NCBI GenBank assembly: GCA_037379345.1
Contig: CM074515.1
Span: 36,709,743 to 36,773,742, forward strand
Length of the DNA: 64,000 nt
Direction of reading: 5' to 3'
From: Perna viridis
Taxonomy: Eukaryota
Shown in pieces: positions 51,101-64,000 of this stretch (position 1 is its first letter; each line of letters begins with the position of its first letter). Made by a program: the position numbers and the translations under genes. The notes under the pieces were generated by a model. It had not been told where the DNA came from. It was given only the letters and a program-made list of their open reading frames with translations, and did no database searches.

Positions 51101-53637
51101 ACAATAGACAATTTTATTTGCACAAACACATTTACAATAAATAGCTATGGCATGAACAAAAACCGAACAATATAGTATACATTACATACAAACTAAATTT
51201 ATGACCATGGTGCGACAGTGGTGTAAATCTGATCAAAACAGATTAATCTATAGTTTTAACGTTATATATTAATATAACTTCTATTAAATTAAATTGATCT
51301 TCGATTCCAACATTCATTCATGAATATGATAGTTATTTTTAGTATTTCTATAGAGCTACTGTTTAATATATATGCTATGTCTCTTGGTGTGAGGTGAGGT
51401 TTTGATGAAGAAATTAAATTATGGTTGTCCAATTTCATTCTGTATTGATTTCTTTGTGGTGTGTAGTGGGTGCACACCGAGAAGAAATGATATTCCTCCT
51501 CTATGTTCTCACTATCACATGATTTACAAATACGTTTTTTTCTTTCAATGTTTTTGTACCGACCCCTTTCTATTTCTAGTGCATGTGCACTCAGACTAAA
51601 TTTACTAATAATAGATCTTTCTATTTTAGATGTACATAAATCAATATATGGGGGTCTTTTAGACAGAATAAATATTTTATGGAAAAATGACAGATTTTCA
51701 CTCATAGCTAGTGAGCCTACTAAATTTTACTTAAACTGATCATGTAGTCTTTGTACGATTCTTTTGATATAAAATTGAAGGTTATTAAGTTGTAAGTTAA
51801 GATGACAGAACCCTAATTTATTTAGTATAATTTTTACATGGGACATCCACAAGCTGTTATTTTTAACTTCTCTGAACATTTCGTAGATCAGGGGAGTTAA
51901 GGATATGGTTTAAAACTTTAATTGTATTCAATTGAACTTTTAGATGTAGAGATGTTCTGTTCAGTTTTGCTAAGCATACAATGTTAATTTGTAGTTTTAC
52001 TATTTACTCCAAGGATTCCTTTTATGAATTTCAAATGTAAGTGTTCATATGGGTCAAAGTCACTGAAAGTTTTTCCATCTCCCCAGATCTTACTTCCATA
52101 AAGAGTAACAGGTATTAACAGTGTCAAATAACTTTTCAAGTAAATTACAAGGAACATCTATAGATATGACTTTTTTATTTTAACCAGGCCTTTCTTCCCT
52201 TCTCCATTAAGTTATTTTTGATAGATTCAAATTACCATTGTAGTTAAATGTAATGCCCAAGTAGCAGTAAGATTTTACTGTTTCTAGCATATTTTTATCA
52301 ATACTGAAGTGGTTGAGAAAACATTTACCATTTGAATTGAATATTTTTATTTTTGATTTTTTAGTGTTTACTTCGAGTTTCCATGAAATGCAAAAATCAT
52401 TAAGAATGTTAAGTGCATTTTTCAGGACTTTTTCTGCCTCTGACAGCAGAACAATATCATCTGCATACATCAGTGATGCAATTTTTAAATTACCAATTAT
52501 TGGTTCAGTGTTCCCATTTTCAAGCTGATCAAAAATGCCATTTATTAACAGATTAAATAGGGTAGGACTGAGGACATCACCTTGTTTAACTCCACAACTG
52601 GAGGGAAAATATTGACTTAAACGTTTGGGAATTTAATTCGGCATTTTGTGTTTTGATATATAGAATAAATGATATTAAATATTTTATTCGGGACTTTATG
52701 TTTTGATAATATATAGAAGAGGCCCTCTCACCAAACCGTATCAAACGCCTTTTTAAAGTCTATAAAGGCGACAAAGACTTTCTTTTTCTTTCTTTTGTAG
52801 TTATCTATTATTGATTTTAAGGTAAAAATGTGATCAGTAGTTCTTGATTTTGGTTTGAATCCAATTTGATTTTTATCGATCAGTTTATTGGATTCAATAA
52901 ATTGATACAATCTTTCATGAATAATTTTACTACAAAGTTTACCTAGATTAGAGGTAATTGATATCCCTCTATAGTTTGATTGGTCTAATTTATCTCCTTT
53001 TTCAAATATTAAAGAAAGGTAACTCTAGTTCCATATTTTAGGGAATGATCCTGTATTGAATATTAGGTTAAAGAGTTTACATAGTGGTTTCAGTAAGACT
53101 TGTGTACCACACTTAATCATTTCATTCGAAATTAAATCAGCTCCTGCTGATTTGCCATTTTTTAGTGTCTTTATTGCTTTTAATATTTCATTTGAGTCTA
53201 TTCTGTGTTCATTATTGAGATTATTTTCTGCAAGATTATTCTTAAGATTTGAAATTATCATTTTATGAAAATTGTTATTTTTTGAATGACCAGAATTTAT
53301 GTCATGTCCTTAAAAAAATTTATAAATTCTTCTTCTTAAACTTTTCATCTTTACTGCTTTCTGATAACCTGTTTAGTTTATTTATAAGGTTCCAAAAAAT
53401 CATGTTTAAAGGAACAAGTTTCAGTGATCCAATAATTAAACAAAAATGGAATATGTTTCATATGCTTGCTACCTTAGTAATAAACTGTGCAGCATCTGTG
53501 AATACATTATAATCAACATCAGTGTACTTGACCATCTGAGTCCTATCTTGCCAGTCTCCATAAACAATCAGACCAAGACGTAAAACTGTTCCAACCACAA
53601 GAACAGGTATAATACTGATGTCATCTAATGATACCAT
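48187..53637 (-). CDS. PIGM: GPI alpha-1,4-mannosyltransferase I catalytic subunit
   Basis: Exons 53473-53637, 50358-50884, 49367-49625, 48804-48905, 48187-48354 (1221 nt, 406 aa). Motifs [15 protein letters not shown] (DXD), [60 protein letters not shown]-terminal KKNK di-lysine signal. Confidence 0.95.
51090..53400 (-). mobile_element. 5'-truncated LINE (CR1/L2-group-like) in PIGM intron
   Basis: [92 protein letters not shown]-terminal [28 protein letters not shown] followed by an (ATTGTCT)n tail at about 51090-51118. Few frameshifts. Confidence 0.92.
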
Positions 53638-54009
53638 TTTTTCCTTAGCAGGAATCTGGTGAAAAACATGAATACATGTAGTGAAAAATATGGTTGAATT
53701 TTTGCTTGAATCTTCAATGAAAAATTTTCCCATTAGAAGTTACGGAGCTATCATTATCTAAAGCATAATCTAAAAAAAATATCCAGTACACATGTCATCT
53801 TTAATTAAATGTCATTGATTCCATTAAGAAGGTTATTTTAGTTTTAGTGAAATTAATTACATCCACCTTGTGTATATATCATACTATGATAGTAATATAA
53901 AGTCCCCATATATGAATGACATATAGATTTGCACAGCTGCCTACGCTGATTATCTAGACAAAAATTTAGTTATCCCTGCACCATAAATTTTGAACAAAAA
54001 TATATTATC

Positions 54010-54520
54010 TTACTTGTCTTTGATATCCAACTTGTTCCTCTAGTAATTCAAAGCCACCGTTCTTCATTACTTAAACATTAATATAAACTTACTTACTTCG
54101 TGATAAAAAAACTGCCTTAAGAACAACTTTAAGCACCGCAATTTATCAAGAAGCTCGATGCTGTACTGAGCAGACAGGTCGTTGCACTTGTTTTGTGTTA
54201 TTGTTGGTATTAGTACAAACCTTGGAGGTAAGGTGTTTGTTCCTATGTCTTTTTTAGATGATTTGCAGCGAAATAAGATAAATTCCACTGCAATATCAGC
54301 CTATTACATTATTGATTAAAATATTTCACAGTCGAAGATTTAAATTATTAATGTTATCGCCCAAATTTTCGTTAAAAATCCGACCACTTCTTGTATACAA
54401 AAGGGGCGTTACTCTGAAAAATCAGGGAGAGAAAAATCATCAACGTGGTTATCCTGAACAATTTGGGTGTCAACTAAACTGAACAGGCTTTGAACTTACA
54501 GGTATAAAGAGTTCGAACGC
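54010..54520. promoter_or_regulatory. Probable shared promoter / first non-coding exons of PIGM and ASTE1
   Basis: CpG-enriched stretch with minus-strand donors (cttac at about 54010 and 54090) and a plus-strand donor (cag|gtataa at about 54502). Both CDSs have an acceptor shortly before the ATG (53656, 56328). Confidence 0.4.
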
Positions 54521-56391
54521 GATAATAACTTAACTAAAACTCTGTATTTTCCCATGCATTTCCTCAGCCTCAGGGACTTTACATTTCTGTACAAAAAGTC
54601 AAATTAACAGATGAAGTCATTAGTTGAAAAAAAGGTAAATGGATTAATATTTTTGTACGATGTGTCTGACTTCGTGAAATGAAGAACTTTCATTTTAAAT
54701 AGATTTCTAATAACTCCTTTTTCATATCTATGAATCATTTGTCCGTCAGGGAGTACCACTAATTCATATATTATATCTAAATTGACAGATACAAGGATAG
54801 ACTGACATGTAATTCACTATTTAAAAAAAAAACAAAAAAAAAACATCTTTAATAGAAAATGGAACATTCTTTTCAGGAAACCATGCTGAAGTGTGATGAC
54901 AATAATGTAATTTCAGGTTCAAGATGTTAACCCTTCATGCTGCATTTAAATGAAAGATGCATTTTCAGCTATTGTTATTTTATCCATTTTATTGACCCTA
55001 ACTACCAGTAAATGGAAATTAATAATGTGTAACAGATAAGAGCCAGGTATTGTTCAGTTGAATAGGAGCATACTGACCCTATTTACATACTTGATCATCA
55101 TTATTGAAGGTCAATGGAACAGTTGAAAAAAACAAAAGAAATATTATAAACTGGCAGGCTCAAGAAATGCAGCATGCAACAAAGAAAATACTTTTTGGGC
55201 TCAGTAGGGGTCATATATTGGGTTTTATTTTGAAAGTGATGCACCATTCCCAAACAAAGAATTAATTTTGATAAACAGTGAATTATATATCAATTGGTCT
55301 ATCCTTGTATATGTCAATTTGTGGATTATATGTCAATCAAGATATAATATGTCAATTTGTGGTTCTCCCTGACTGTTTTGATACTTTAGAATGACACCCC
55401 TGTGGTGGCTATTGTGCCTTGAGTGGAGGGGGTCATACTTCTATACCTGCCAAGATATAACGAATACTCTTAGATTTCTGTCAAACATGTGGCATACAGA
55501 TAATAGGTTGAAGACTGGTTTGGATAGAGGTACATGTTTGTACATTTTGTAATAATATGTCTGATTGGGGGTTTCGGGATGATGTTGCTTCTGTGAGCTT
55601 GCATGTAAAAATCTGACTCAGCAAGATGGACTGGTACATCATGCACAAAGCAAGGTCTATTCAACTGATCAATCATGCAGAAATTCATGAAATATCTGCC
55701 ATAGAAAGAAAAAATAAAACCAGAGACCTATAATTAAAGAGATAAGAAACTTGTTAATTAGCCAGTTTATTGATAAAATTATCATGCGGTGGAGAATGTG
55801 ATTCCCTGACTTTTCCACTTATTTATTAAACAACTTGTTCCCCTTTTGATAAAATGATCTGAAATATTTGTAGCAGACACTCAGAAGACGTAAGAATGGG
55901 AAACTGAAGATTTTATTCAATTGTCTTTAAAAACAAAAAAGCTGTGATATGTTATTGTGAAAATTATGAATTTAATTTTGAATTATTTTCATTTTCGTAA
56001 AAATATAGGGGTAGGTAACTTGTTTTCTTCATTTTTGATTGTTTTGGTAGAAAGAAAAATTTGGTAAGAACGTGAAGCTAAGATATTGTAAAATGGAAAA
56101 CTGAAGGTTTTATTTCTATATTCACAATACTTTTTTAGTTATGATCATTTAAAGTCAAGTTGTAATTGTCAATTCAGTAAGTAAGTGATTTCGTATCCCG
56201 CCACTTGTTAATGCAAGAGTTTCAGTTACTTCCGAAACTCTTTAATTACAGGTTTATGATAAAACCAATCTATCAATATTTTGGAATAAAAAAAGTACTT
56301 GTGTAACTATCAGCATTTTTATTGACAGGTTGTGAAACTATTGAATATGACATTAGCTGCTTGATGATATTGTTGCCAGATCAAAAATACT

Positions 56392-58551
56392 ATGGGGATA
56401 CCTGGTCTGACAACATTGATTGATGAGAACCTTCATCTGTTAGACGATTTCAAGCTTCATCATTCCAAAGTCATCATTGATGGAAACAATCTTCTCCATC
56501 TTCTTTTCTACAATTACAACATTGACTTCACACATGGAGGAGACTATAATAAGTTTTACAGAAGAATTAAGGAGTTTTTTGGCATTTTGAAATCATGTGA
56601 TATTGAACCATACATTATACTGGATGGAGGCTATGAACCTGATGATAGAAAATTGAAAACTGTACTCGACAGGGCTAAAAACAGGATACATCTAGCAAGT
56701 TTCATTGCTTATGAAAAATGTGGAAAGATTCTTCCTATCTTGTCATATGAAGTTTTTATTTCTGCATTAGATGATCTTGGTATTCACCATGTTACATGTG
56801 ATTTTGAGGCTGACAACCAAATTGCTGTTTTAGCTAACGATTTTAAATGTCCAGTTATTTCGTTCGACAGCGATTTTTACATTTTGAATGTAGAACATGG
56901 ATTTATACCATTTGACAGTGTCAACTATGAAGTTCAACCAATAGCAGCTGATGATAAAGGGAGACAATTCAAATATTTACCTGTAAAGATATATTTTACG
57001 CAAAACTTTATTTCCTGTTTTCCAGTACTTGATAAGAGAGTCCTGCCTTTGATGGCTACAGTATTAGGTAATGATTATGTTCATATCAAGAACTTTGAAG
57101 AGTTTTATTCATCACTTAGGACACCTAAACATTTACAATCTTCCATAACTGTTTCTAGAACAAGAACAAAAATGTTGAAAGTAGTTCATTGGTTGGGTAA
57201 TTTGAAAAGTGTTGAGAGTGGAGTCCTAAGTCTGGTTATGTCTGTCAAACCAGAAAACAGAGACAAAGTCAGATCATTGATAGACAAATCTATGGAGGCA
57301 TATACAAATGTAGCAGGGTACTCATCTTTCAATCTGTACCAATTTTTCACAAACAAGAATGATTGTATTGAAAGTAAGTCTATCAACAGCTACAATGATA
57401 GATTTGTTCAAGAATGGTTCGTCAAATTTCACAGAAAAAGTAAAATGGCTGTATTCATGCAAAATACGCTGGTTCTACACAGGAATATACTTCTTTGTCA
57501 GGTAGAGGATATGAAGCTTCTGTCTTCTTACAACCCCTCGCTACGCCTCCGTAGAGTTCTCTATGGTATTTTACTCAAAAGTGAATTGGAAGCAGTTGAA
57601 AGAACAGAGACTTTGTCAAAGGATTGCTGTGTTGAGGAATATGAGAGACAAGATTGCACAAAAAATCTGAAGAAGACGCTTGTTGAGCCGGTTTTCACCC
57701 TTGACGGTTATGGACCCATTCCCAGCTTATGTGATCTTGAACTCCTTAAAGTTAATGAGAAACGGTCACTTATGTTCACTTTACTTGATGTGACCTTAAA
57801 GGAAAATACCAAGATGTTTACAGATGACAATCTATTGTTTCTTATGACAATGATTTATTGGATCAGGAACTCTAACCCCAAAGTGAACATGTTCATGGTA
57901 CAGGCATTGATAATTTGTTGGATTCTGTTATCACTTAAGTCTTATGCTGATGATATAGAACTAAGAGATGATGAAATGAGTAAATTATTCTGTAAAGCTT
58001 CATCCCAGCAAAGAGAAAGAGTAAGGAAGAATTTGGAGAAGTATTTAGCAGTACCCCAGCATAATAAACGACATCCTTTAGATATTGACATTCTGCACGG
58101 ATTTGCTCAATTTCAGACATGTCTACTGACAGTCATACATTTGAATCAGGTTTTAGATCTACCTTTCAGTGTCATTAATCCTGCGACTTTCTTGAATGGC
58201 AGTTTTTTATACAGCTTTTATAAGGATTTGCTAACTAGGCCTAAACCAGAACTTTTCATTGCTGAAATGTTAGTGAAGCAATCACCAATTCTTGATTATT
58301 TTCAGAAATTGGTACTGCTCCTTTCTTCTCAAGTTGATGAATGTATACTGAGTACTAGTTGTACATCTGGGCATAAAAAGTCGAGACAAAGAAAGAAGAA
58401 AAATGAAGCTACTGACTCAACTTCTGTGTCAGTAAGTGATGGGGAGAGTGCTAGAAAATCCCCCAAAAAGACTACCGGTAAACAAAATATGACAGCAGAA
58501 TGTGTACTATCAAATAGATTCAACTTTTTAGAGGTCGAAGACTCGGATTAG
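56392..58551 (+). CDS. ASTE1: Protein asteroid homologue 1 (XPG/FEN1-like PIN-domain nuclease), 719 aa, uninterrupted CDS
   Basis: MGIPGLTT, IIDGNN, GGDY, ILDGG, FEADNQIA, SFDSDFYI, VLGNDY acidic metal ligands; asteroid-type HGFAQFQ..LNQVLDLP..FLNG; basic tail KKSRQRKKK and SNRFNFL. Confidence 0.93.
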   Translation: MGIPGLTTLIDENLHLLDDFKLHHSKVIIDGNNLLHLLFYNYNIDFTHGGDYNKFYRRIKEFFGILKSCDIEPYIILDGGYEPDDRKLKTVLDRAKNRIHLASFIAYEKCGKILPILSYEVFISALDDLGIHHVTCDFEADNQIAVLANDFKCPVISFDSDFYILNVEHGFIPFDSVNYEVQPIAADDKGRQFKYLPVKIYFTQNFISCFPVLDKRVLPLMATVLGNDYVHIKNFEEFYSSLRTPKHLQSSITVSRTRTKMLKVVHWLGNLKSVESGVLSLVMSVKPENRDKVRSLIDKSMEAYTNVAGYSSFNLYQFFTNKNDCIESKSINSYNDRFVQEWFVKFHRKSKMAVFMQNTLVLHRNILLCQVEDMKLLSSYNPSLRLRRVLYGILLKSELEAVERTETLSKDCCVEEYERQDCTKNLKKTLVEPVFTLDGYGPIPSLCDLELLKVNEKRSLMFTLLDVTLKENTKMFTDDNLLFLMTMIYWIRNSNPKVNMFMVQALIICWILLSLKSYADDIELRDDEMSKLFCKASSQQRERVRKNLEKYLAVPQHNKRHPLDIDILHGFAQFQTCLLTVIHLNQVLDLPFSVINPATFLNGSFLYSFYKDLLTRPKPELFIAEMLVKQSPILDYFQKLVLLLSSQVDECILSTSCTSGHKKSRQRKKKNEATDSTSVSVSDGESARKSPKKTTGKQNMTAECVLSNRFNFLEVEDSD

Positions 58552-59489
58552 GAAGAAGATAAATTTAATACTAAAATTTTAGTCAAAAGTTTCTAATAAC
58601 TTTACATTGAAATTATGTTTCAATTATGGATTTCAAATTAAATCAACAGCCAAAAAAAAATTTATCATATCATATCATGATTTCAAGTGGAAATTAGGCA
58701 TTATAAGTAAAAAAAATAGAGAAAAAAATCATGATCAGCATTTAAAAAATATGTACACAAAATATATTTGCCAAAGACTTGCAGTTTTGGTCAAATTCAT
58801 ATAAGAAGGTTTTTGTTATTTTTATGTAGAGATTTCGTGGTCTATAATGTTAGTGTATGCCAGCTTTATAAAGTTATCATGTTTGTTTATCATTCTTAAA
58901 GCCTACATTTACATTAAAATTATGTAAGTTTTTATGTAGTTGATTTTCTTAATTTGACATAGAAGTTTACAAAACAACCACTGTGTCTGTTTCTCTGTGT
59001 TTTTGTTAGTAATAATCAGAACTTAAAATATGGTGTAGTAGTGAAATCAAACAAAATTACAAGAAGGTACATTTTAGCCTTAGCAGACTATACACTTAAA
59101 TCCAAATTTCAAAATGAGGGTTGATGCATGAGGGCTCAATATTAAGTTAAATAATGTATTAATTGTATAAACCATTAAAAATGGACAGAAATTGAATTTG
59201 TAGCTCAAATATACATTTTCACTCAAATGAACAATAACCAATTAAATTCCAATCATTTGAAATGTTTGAAGTTATATCTTGGTTGTGGCTTGTTTGATAA
59301 AGAGACAATGAGTTAGTATGTACCTGGTTCTAACTTGCTAGAAATACATTGGTACAGTGTTGTATCAAAACTGTGATACATTTACTCACATCATATTATT
59401 CTTTTTCTAACCCAAACTCTGAACAACCTGAAAACCTGTCTAATCAGACACTTTCAACAGTCCCTTTAGAAAACTCTGAACAAGCTCAC

Positions 59490-60940
59490 AGTAACATGCT
59501 TCACAGGGCCCAGCCTGATATGACCCCAGAGGTTAAACCCTAGTATGGATACACCATTCAAACTTGATACAGGATTAAGATTAGACATTTGACACAGGAT
59601 AATAAAGAGCTTTGCAGAGCCCAGCATGATACAACCACAGTAGTCAAACCTTAAACACTTGGGACAAATGTGGACACAATATAAGTTTTTGACACACTGG
59701 AGCATAGGGATTCACAATTCATTATGGACACAACAACTGACACAATATAGTACAATATTTGAAATTAAATTAAAAATTTACAAAATCAGACCAAAACGAA
59801 AAAGTCAATATTTTCGGGTGTTGTGCCTTTGACTCCTTATAGCTTGAATACAGAATGAGATATCTGAAAACTGATTACAAATGCATGCAGGGATTTTCAT
59901 AAGGAATCCAATTTTAAAAAATGCAAAATTGGACTGAAAACAAACAAGTAACTGTGTGGACGTCGGGAAAATGCATGTTTCTTGTCCATAATTTCTGAAA
60001 AGTTCAAGTCTTTAACCCCACACTCAACCAAAGTCTGACCATCATTGGGTAGAATATTGTGAAACAATATCATAGATATTTCTATGCTCATACTGAAGTT
60101 TTACAGATGAATTCTACTAAACGCTTGTTTAAGGCCCTTTTTGGCCTCTACTTCTAAAATGGTCAGGGCTATAACTCTGAAGATAAATACCAACCTTCTA
60201 TATGCGGTTTGAAACCTTATAAAATTTTATAAAGATCAATCAATAAGTATTCAAGTTATTGCACAAAGTCAAGTTCTTATGGACAACAACAGTGCCATTT
60301 CAATATACGACCGCACATTGTTTGCATTCCTATAAAAATTTCATCTTAGCTGAAGTGGTCAATTTTTGGCCCTTATTCCTAAGTGGTTCCAGTCAAAACC
60401 TGCAAAATCAATCTCAAAATTTTTTTTTGTGGTACAGCACCTTTTAAAATGTTGTAATTGGTCCATTCACTTTTATTCATTTTATTATGTGGACATAAGG
60501 CCCCTTTTTGGCACCTAATTCCTACAAGCTGGAAGTCATAACCCCCAAAAACAATCCCAGTCTTCCTGCGGTGGTATTCAACTTAGTTTCCCCCATGTTT
60601 TTGCCACTAATTTCTGAAAAATTAAGTCTTTACCCCCAAAATCAATCCAAGACCGACAATTGTATAGAATATTATGGAACAATATCATAGATATTTCTAT
60701 GCTTTTATTAGAGTTACATAGTTAAATTCTATGGAATGCTTGTTTTAGGCCATTTTTTTGGCCCTAAATTTTGTGACAGTTTGGGCCATAAACCCCAAAA
60801 ATCAATACCAACATTTTTTTTGTGGTATTGAATGTCAACTAAAACTCATATTATCATTGCACAAAAACCAAGTGTCTACAGATAATGGCCACAACTCCAT
60901 ACCAATATATGACTGCAATTTTTTTTGCGGTCATATAAAA
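59490..60940. repeat. Old interspersed repeat related to 16700-18480
   Basis: Shared caccattcaaacttgatacag core and degenerate aataccaac / ggcccttt / ccataa units; boundaries approximate. Confidence 0.5.
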
Positions 60941-63900
60941 AGGATACCCTCGATACCCTTCTCTGAAATTTGGATTGTCTCCCCTTGCAAGCATCTGACA
61001 ATTACATGTAATAATCATATCCCCACTTCATAACAAGATCATGTGTTCTGCTTTAAGATTGACTATTTAAACGTGACTAACATTAAATAAGACTTCAGCA
61101 TTGAGCAATTTTGTTGTAATGCATTTACTTGTTTTAAATATCATGTTCTACTTCCATAGTTCTTTTCAGTTTCCGGGTTTATCTCCCGTATTTAAGGGTT
61201 GTCTTTCATTACAGTAGAAAGATAGGGGAAATTAGGTTCATATATTTTCTAATTAACTTAAAGGGCCTGGTCACCCTTAACAAGACTGTCAAATTAGTTT
61301 ACAGAACATATAAATAAATTTTTCTTTCAACTCTGCCATTAGTGATTAAAAATAAAATGCGGAAAAACTGTTTTTCCTCTACACTATCAAGTAAAATATA
61401 CCTACTGAAAAGAGAAAATAACTCTGAATATGTGATAAAATGTAGTAACTGAAAAAGGGAAATCAGTAAGCATTTAATGCCAGAGAAAGGGGGAGGTAAT
61501 TTTTTTTTTTTTTTTTTTTTTGGTGTCATGTAAATCAAGTACAATAAAACCTTTCAAACGGGAACCCTGAACAATCTGAAAACCTGTCTTCAACCAGACT
61601 CTTAACAAACACTACTAATCCAATCTATAATCAAGTCAAGTCCAAAACGAATCTGGCAAAATAGATGTTACACCACTGGAGCAGATGGTACCACAATGAT
61701 CCTGACTTGGTACAGGCATTTCAAACAAAATGATGGGTTAAATCTTGGTTTTATGGCATGCTAAACCTCCCTCTTAAAATGTGGCTTGAATATACCAGTG
61801 GTGATTAAATAGCATTTGCATGCTATTGTATCATAATTAGTTAATAAAACAAATATACATGATTTCAAGGCTACGATTAACATAAACAATAACACAATTA
61901 AACACAAACCATACTTTAATGCTATTCAATTAACTTCAACAAACACATGACTATGATTTATAAACAACAAGATGGTAAAATGTCAGATCATAAATCTTCT
62001 GATTAAAGACTTAAGAAAAGTTTAAATGTATTTAACAAAACAAAGAAAAAGGATATTAACTGAATTATATATCATATATGTAGGCCAAAGAAAATACCAC
62101 CTAATATTTACTTTGTACCGAAACCAAAACATAAGATAACATCTCTCTACCTTTAAAAAATAAAATCCTGATGTCAATATTATAGAAGTTAAATGAATTC
62201 TGCCCAAACTGAACCCCCAATAAACAAAAAGCCTGACACTTCTTGATGGTCTTTCATAAACAGCTTAAATGTGTTTTGAACCAGGATAAACCACACACTT
62301 ATCTAAGCTGGATAAATACTATAGTCTAAAAATGGTTCAGTTTCAACAGTGCTTATTGCATTTCTAAATTACTTAACAAGTAATGCTGTTAACCTCACTA
62401 TTTTCATCATAAGAGTCATATGGGTTAAAAATTCTCAATCTGATGTAAAGAGAAGAGAAAGAACTACATGTACATATCATATTACATAGAATGCAAAAAG
62501 GAAGATTTCTCTAGTACCAGTATATATATTCCTTATGTTATATTTTGATTTGCTTTTAGAAAGAAATACAACTGCAAGAAATATACATATGAAAATTTAC
62601 ATTTTTTTTTAACTTATTTAATTACTGAGGTATTAATTAGAAGAACCAAAGTCTGCTTAATGCAACAATCTAAAAATCACTAGAGCTATTTAAGAAAACA
62701 TCTGAATTGTTTTCCATAAAGCTGTCATTGTGTTCCAATGAAGTGAACATTTTCTAAAATTCATTCTTGCAGGACTGTCAATTTTTGATCGTGAAAATGT
62801 TTGAAATTTCGAGACTTAGCAACCCTGCACTTAATCAAATTCTTTTCCATAATCCCTAATTTTTTTATTCCTCCTTCATGGTAAAGGATGACAATTTGAT
62901 TCTGATGAGGTGGGGACTGACAGTTTTTATAAATAAATATTTTGGTCTCATATTCTATTTTATAGCATAGTCTAAATAATAAATAGTTGAAAGCATTTGA
63001 AAATAAATTTCTGATTGGCAAAAATTCTGCCCCAACCAAAACTGCCAGCTCCCTTCAGAATCAAATTAAATACAATCTACCTCATACTATTCAAACAAAA
63101 AATAAAAAAGCATTAAAACAAAGTTTCTCTATATTTAGTCCACTTAAAAAGTACATATATTTCTTAAAAGATAAAACAAAACAAAATGAGAAGTACATGT
63201 ACAATAGGTGGTGTGTGTTGTAATTTAATGAGTAAAACATTATATACAAGTATTCTATACAAGTAATTAAAATAGATTACAAATGCCCTATAAAATACCT
63301 ACCCTAAAATCCTGTCGACTATGTACAAACTGTATAGAATTTATTAGGATTAGTGCCTGCTTATGAGGACCATACTTGTACTTCGATTTTCAAAACACGC
63401 ACAAAAAACAAACTGTTCATTTGAAATTTACTATAAACAATAAAAATACATGAACATTTTAACTCACTTTAGGACTTTTTTCTTTTCACATTTATGAAAT
63501 ACCTGAAACAAGCTAGAACTGTGCTGAAGACCTCAAATTGCATAAATCATTTTTTTTTACGAAATTGTGACCTTGACTTTATATCTACTGATAACAAAAT
63601 TAATAAGCCTCATTCTTGTCACCAATACATCAATCAGTGGGACGTTTTTTAAATCCATAATGGCAACCTTAACCTGTGTGAAGGAAACCTTTTTTTCATA
63701 TAAATTCTATTTTTATTAACAAAGACTTTACAATAAATATACTGGCCTCAATATCAGAAAGGGTCTTTTATGTCTTTAAAGCTATTTAATTAAAATTCAT
63801 GATGGCAAATTTACAAGTGATTTGGCAGTAACCAGCAATAGATGGAAGGAAGGACAGATGGGAAAGCTGAATTCTATATTCCCCTAAACAAAAATACTTT

Positions 63901-64000
63901 GTTTGTATTGTGAACTATTGTAATGTTTTTTTTAATAACACAAAATATCTTTATATATTTATACACCTTGTAGCATATAATAATACATAATTCACAACTC

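Noticed and set aside
58600-64000. Short ORFs in the last 5 kb
   Set aside because: Low-complexity AT-rich or repeat-derived, with no recognisable domains or consistent splice chain.

Overview
AT-rich (about 30% GC by eye) animal genomic DNA with many introns. The repeat content suggests a bivalve mollusc, but that is inference. Five protein-coding genes were reconstructed by hand from GT-AG boundaries and codon phase: (1) the 3' part of a nitric oxide synthase (+, 16 exons, 345-12135); (2) katanin p80 KATNB1 (-, 22830-42140); (3) a C8orf82/UPF0598 homologue (+, 42396-46621), head-to-head with KATNB1; (4) GPI mannosyltransferase 1 PIGM (-, 48187-53637); (5) a single-coding-exon ASTE1 (+, 56392-58551), head-to-head with PIGM. 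Introns and intergenic DNA carry decayed Penelope-like and LINE retroelements and several MITE families. The most interesting signal is a cluster of frame-preserving phase-1 mini/micro-exons (33, 51, possibly 3, 48 and 54 nt) in the KATNB1 linker, with clustered UGCAUG (Rbfox) motifs nearby. Also notable are a NOS with an unusual mix of regulatory elements, a MITE generating a higher-order satellite, and a long retroelement-derived hairpin between two convergent genes. All coordinates were read manually and no searches were run.
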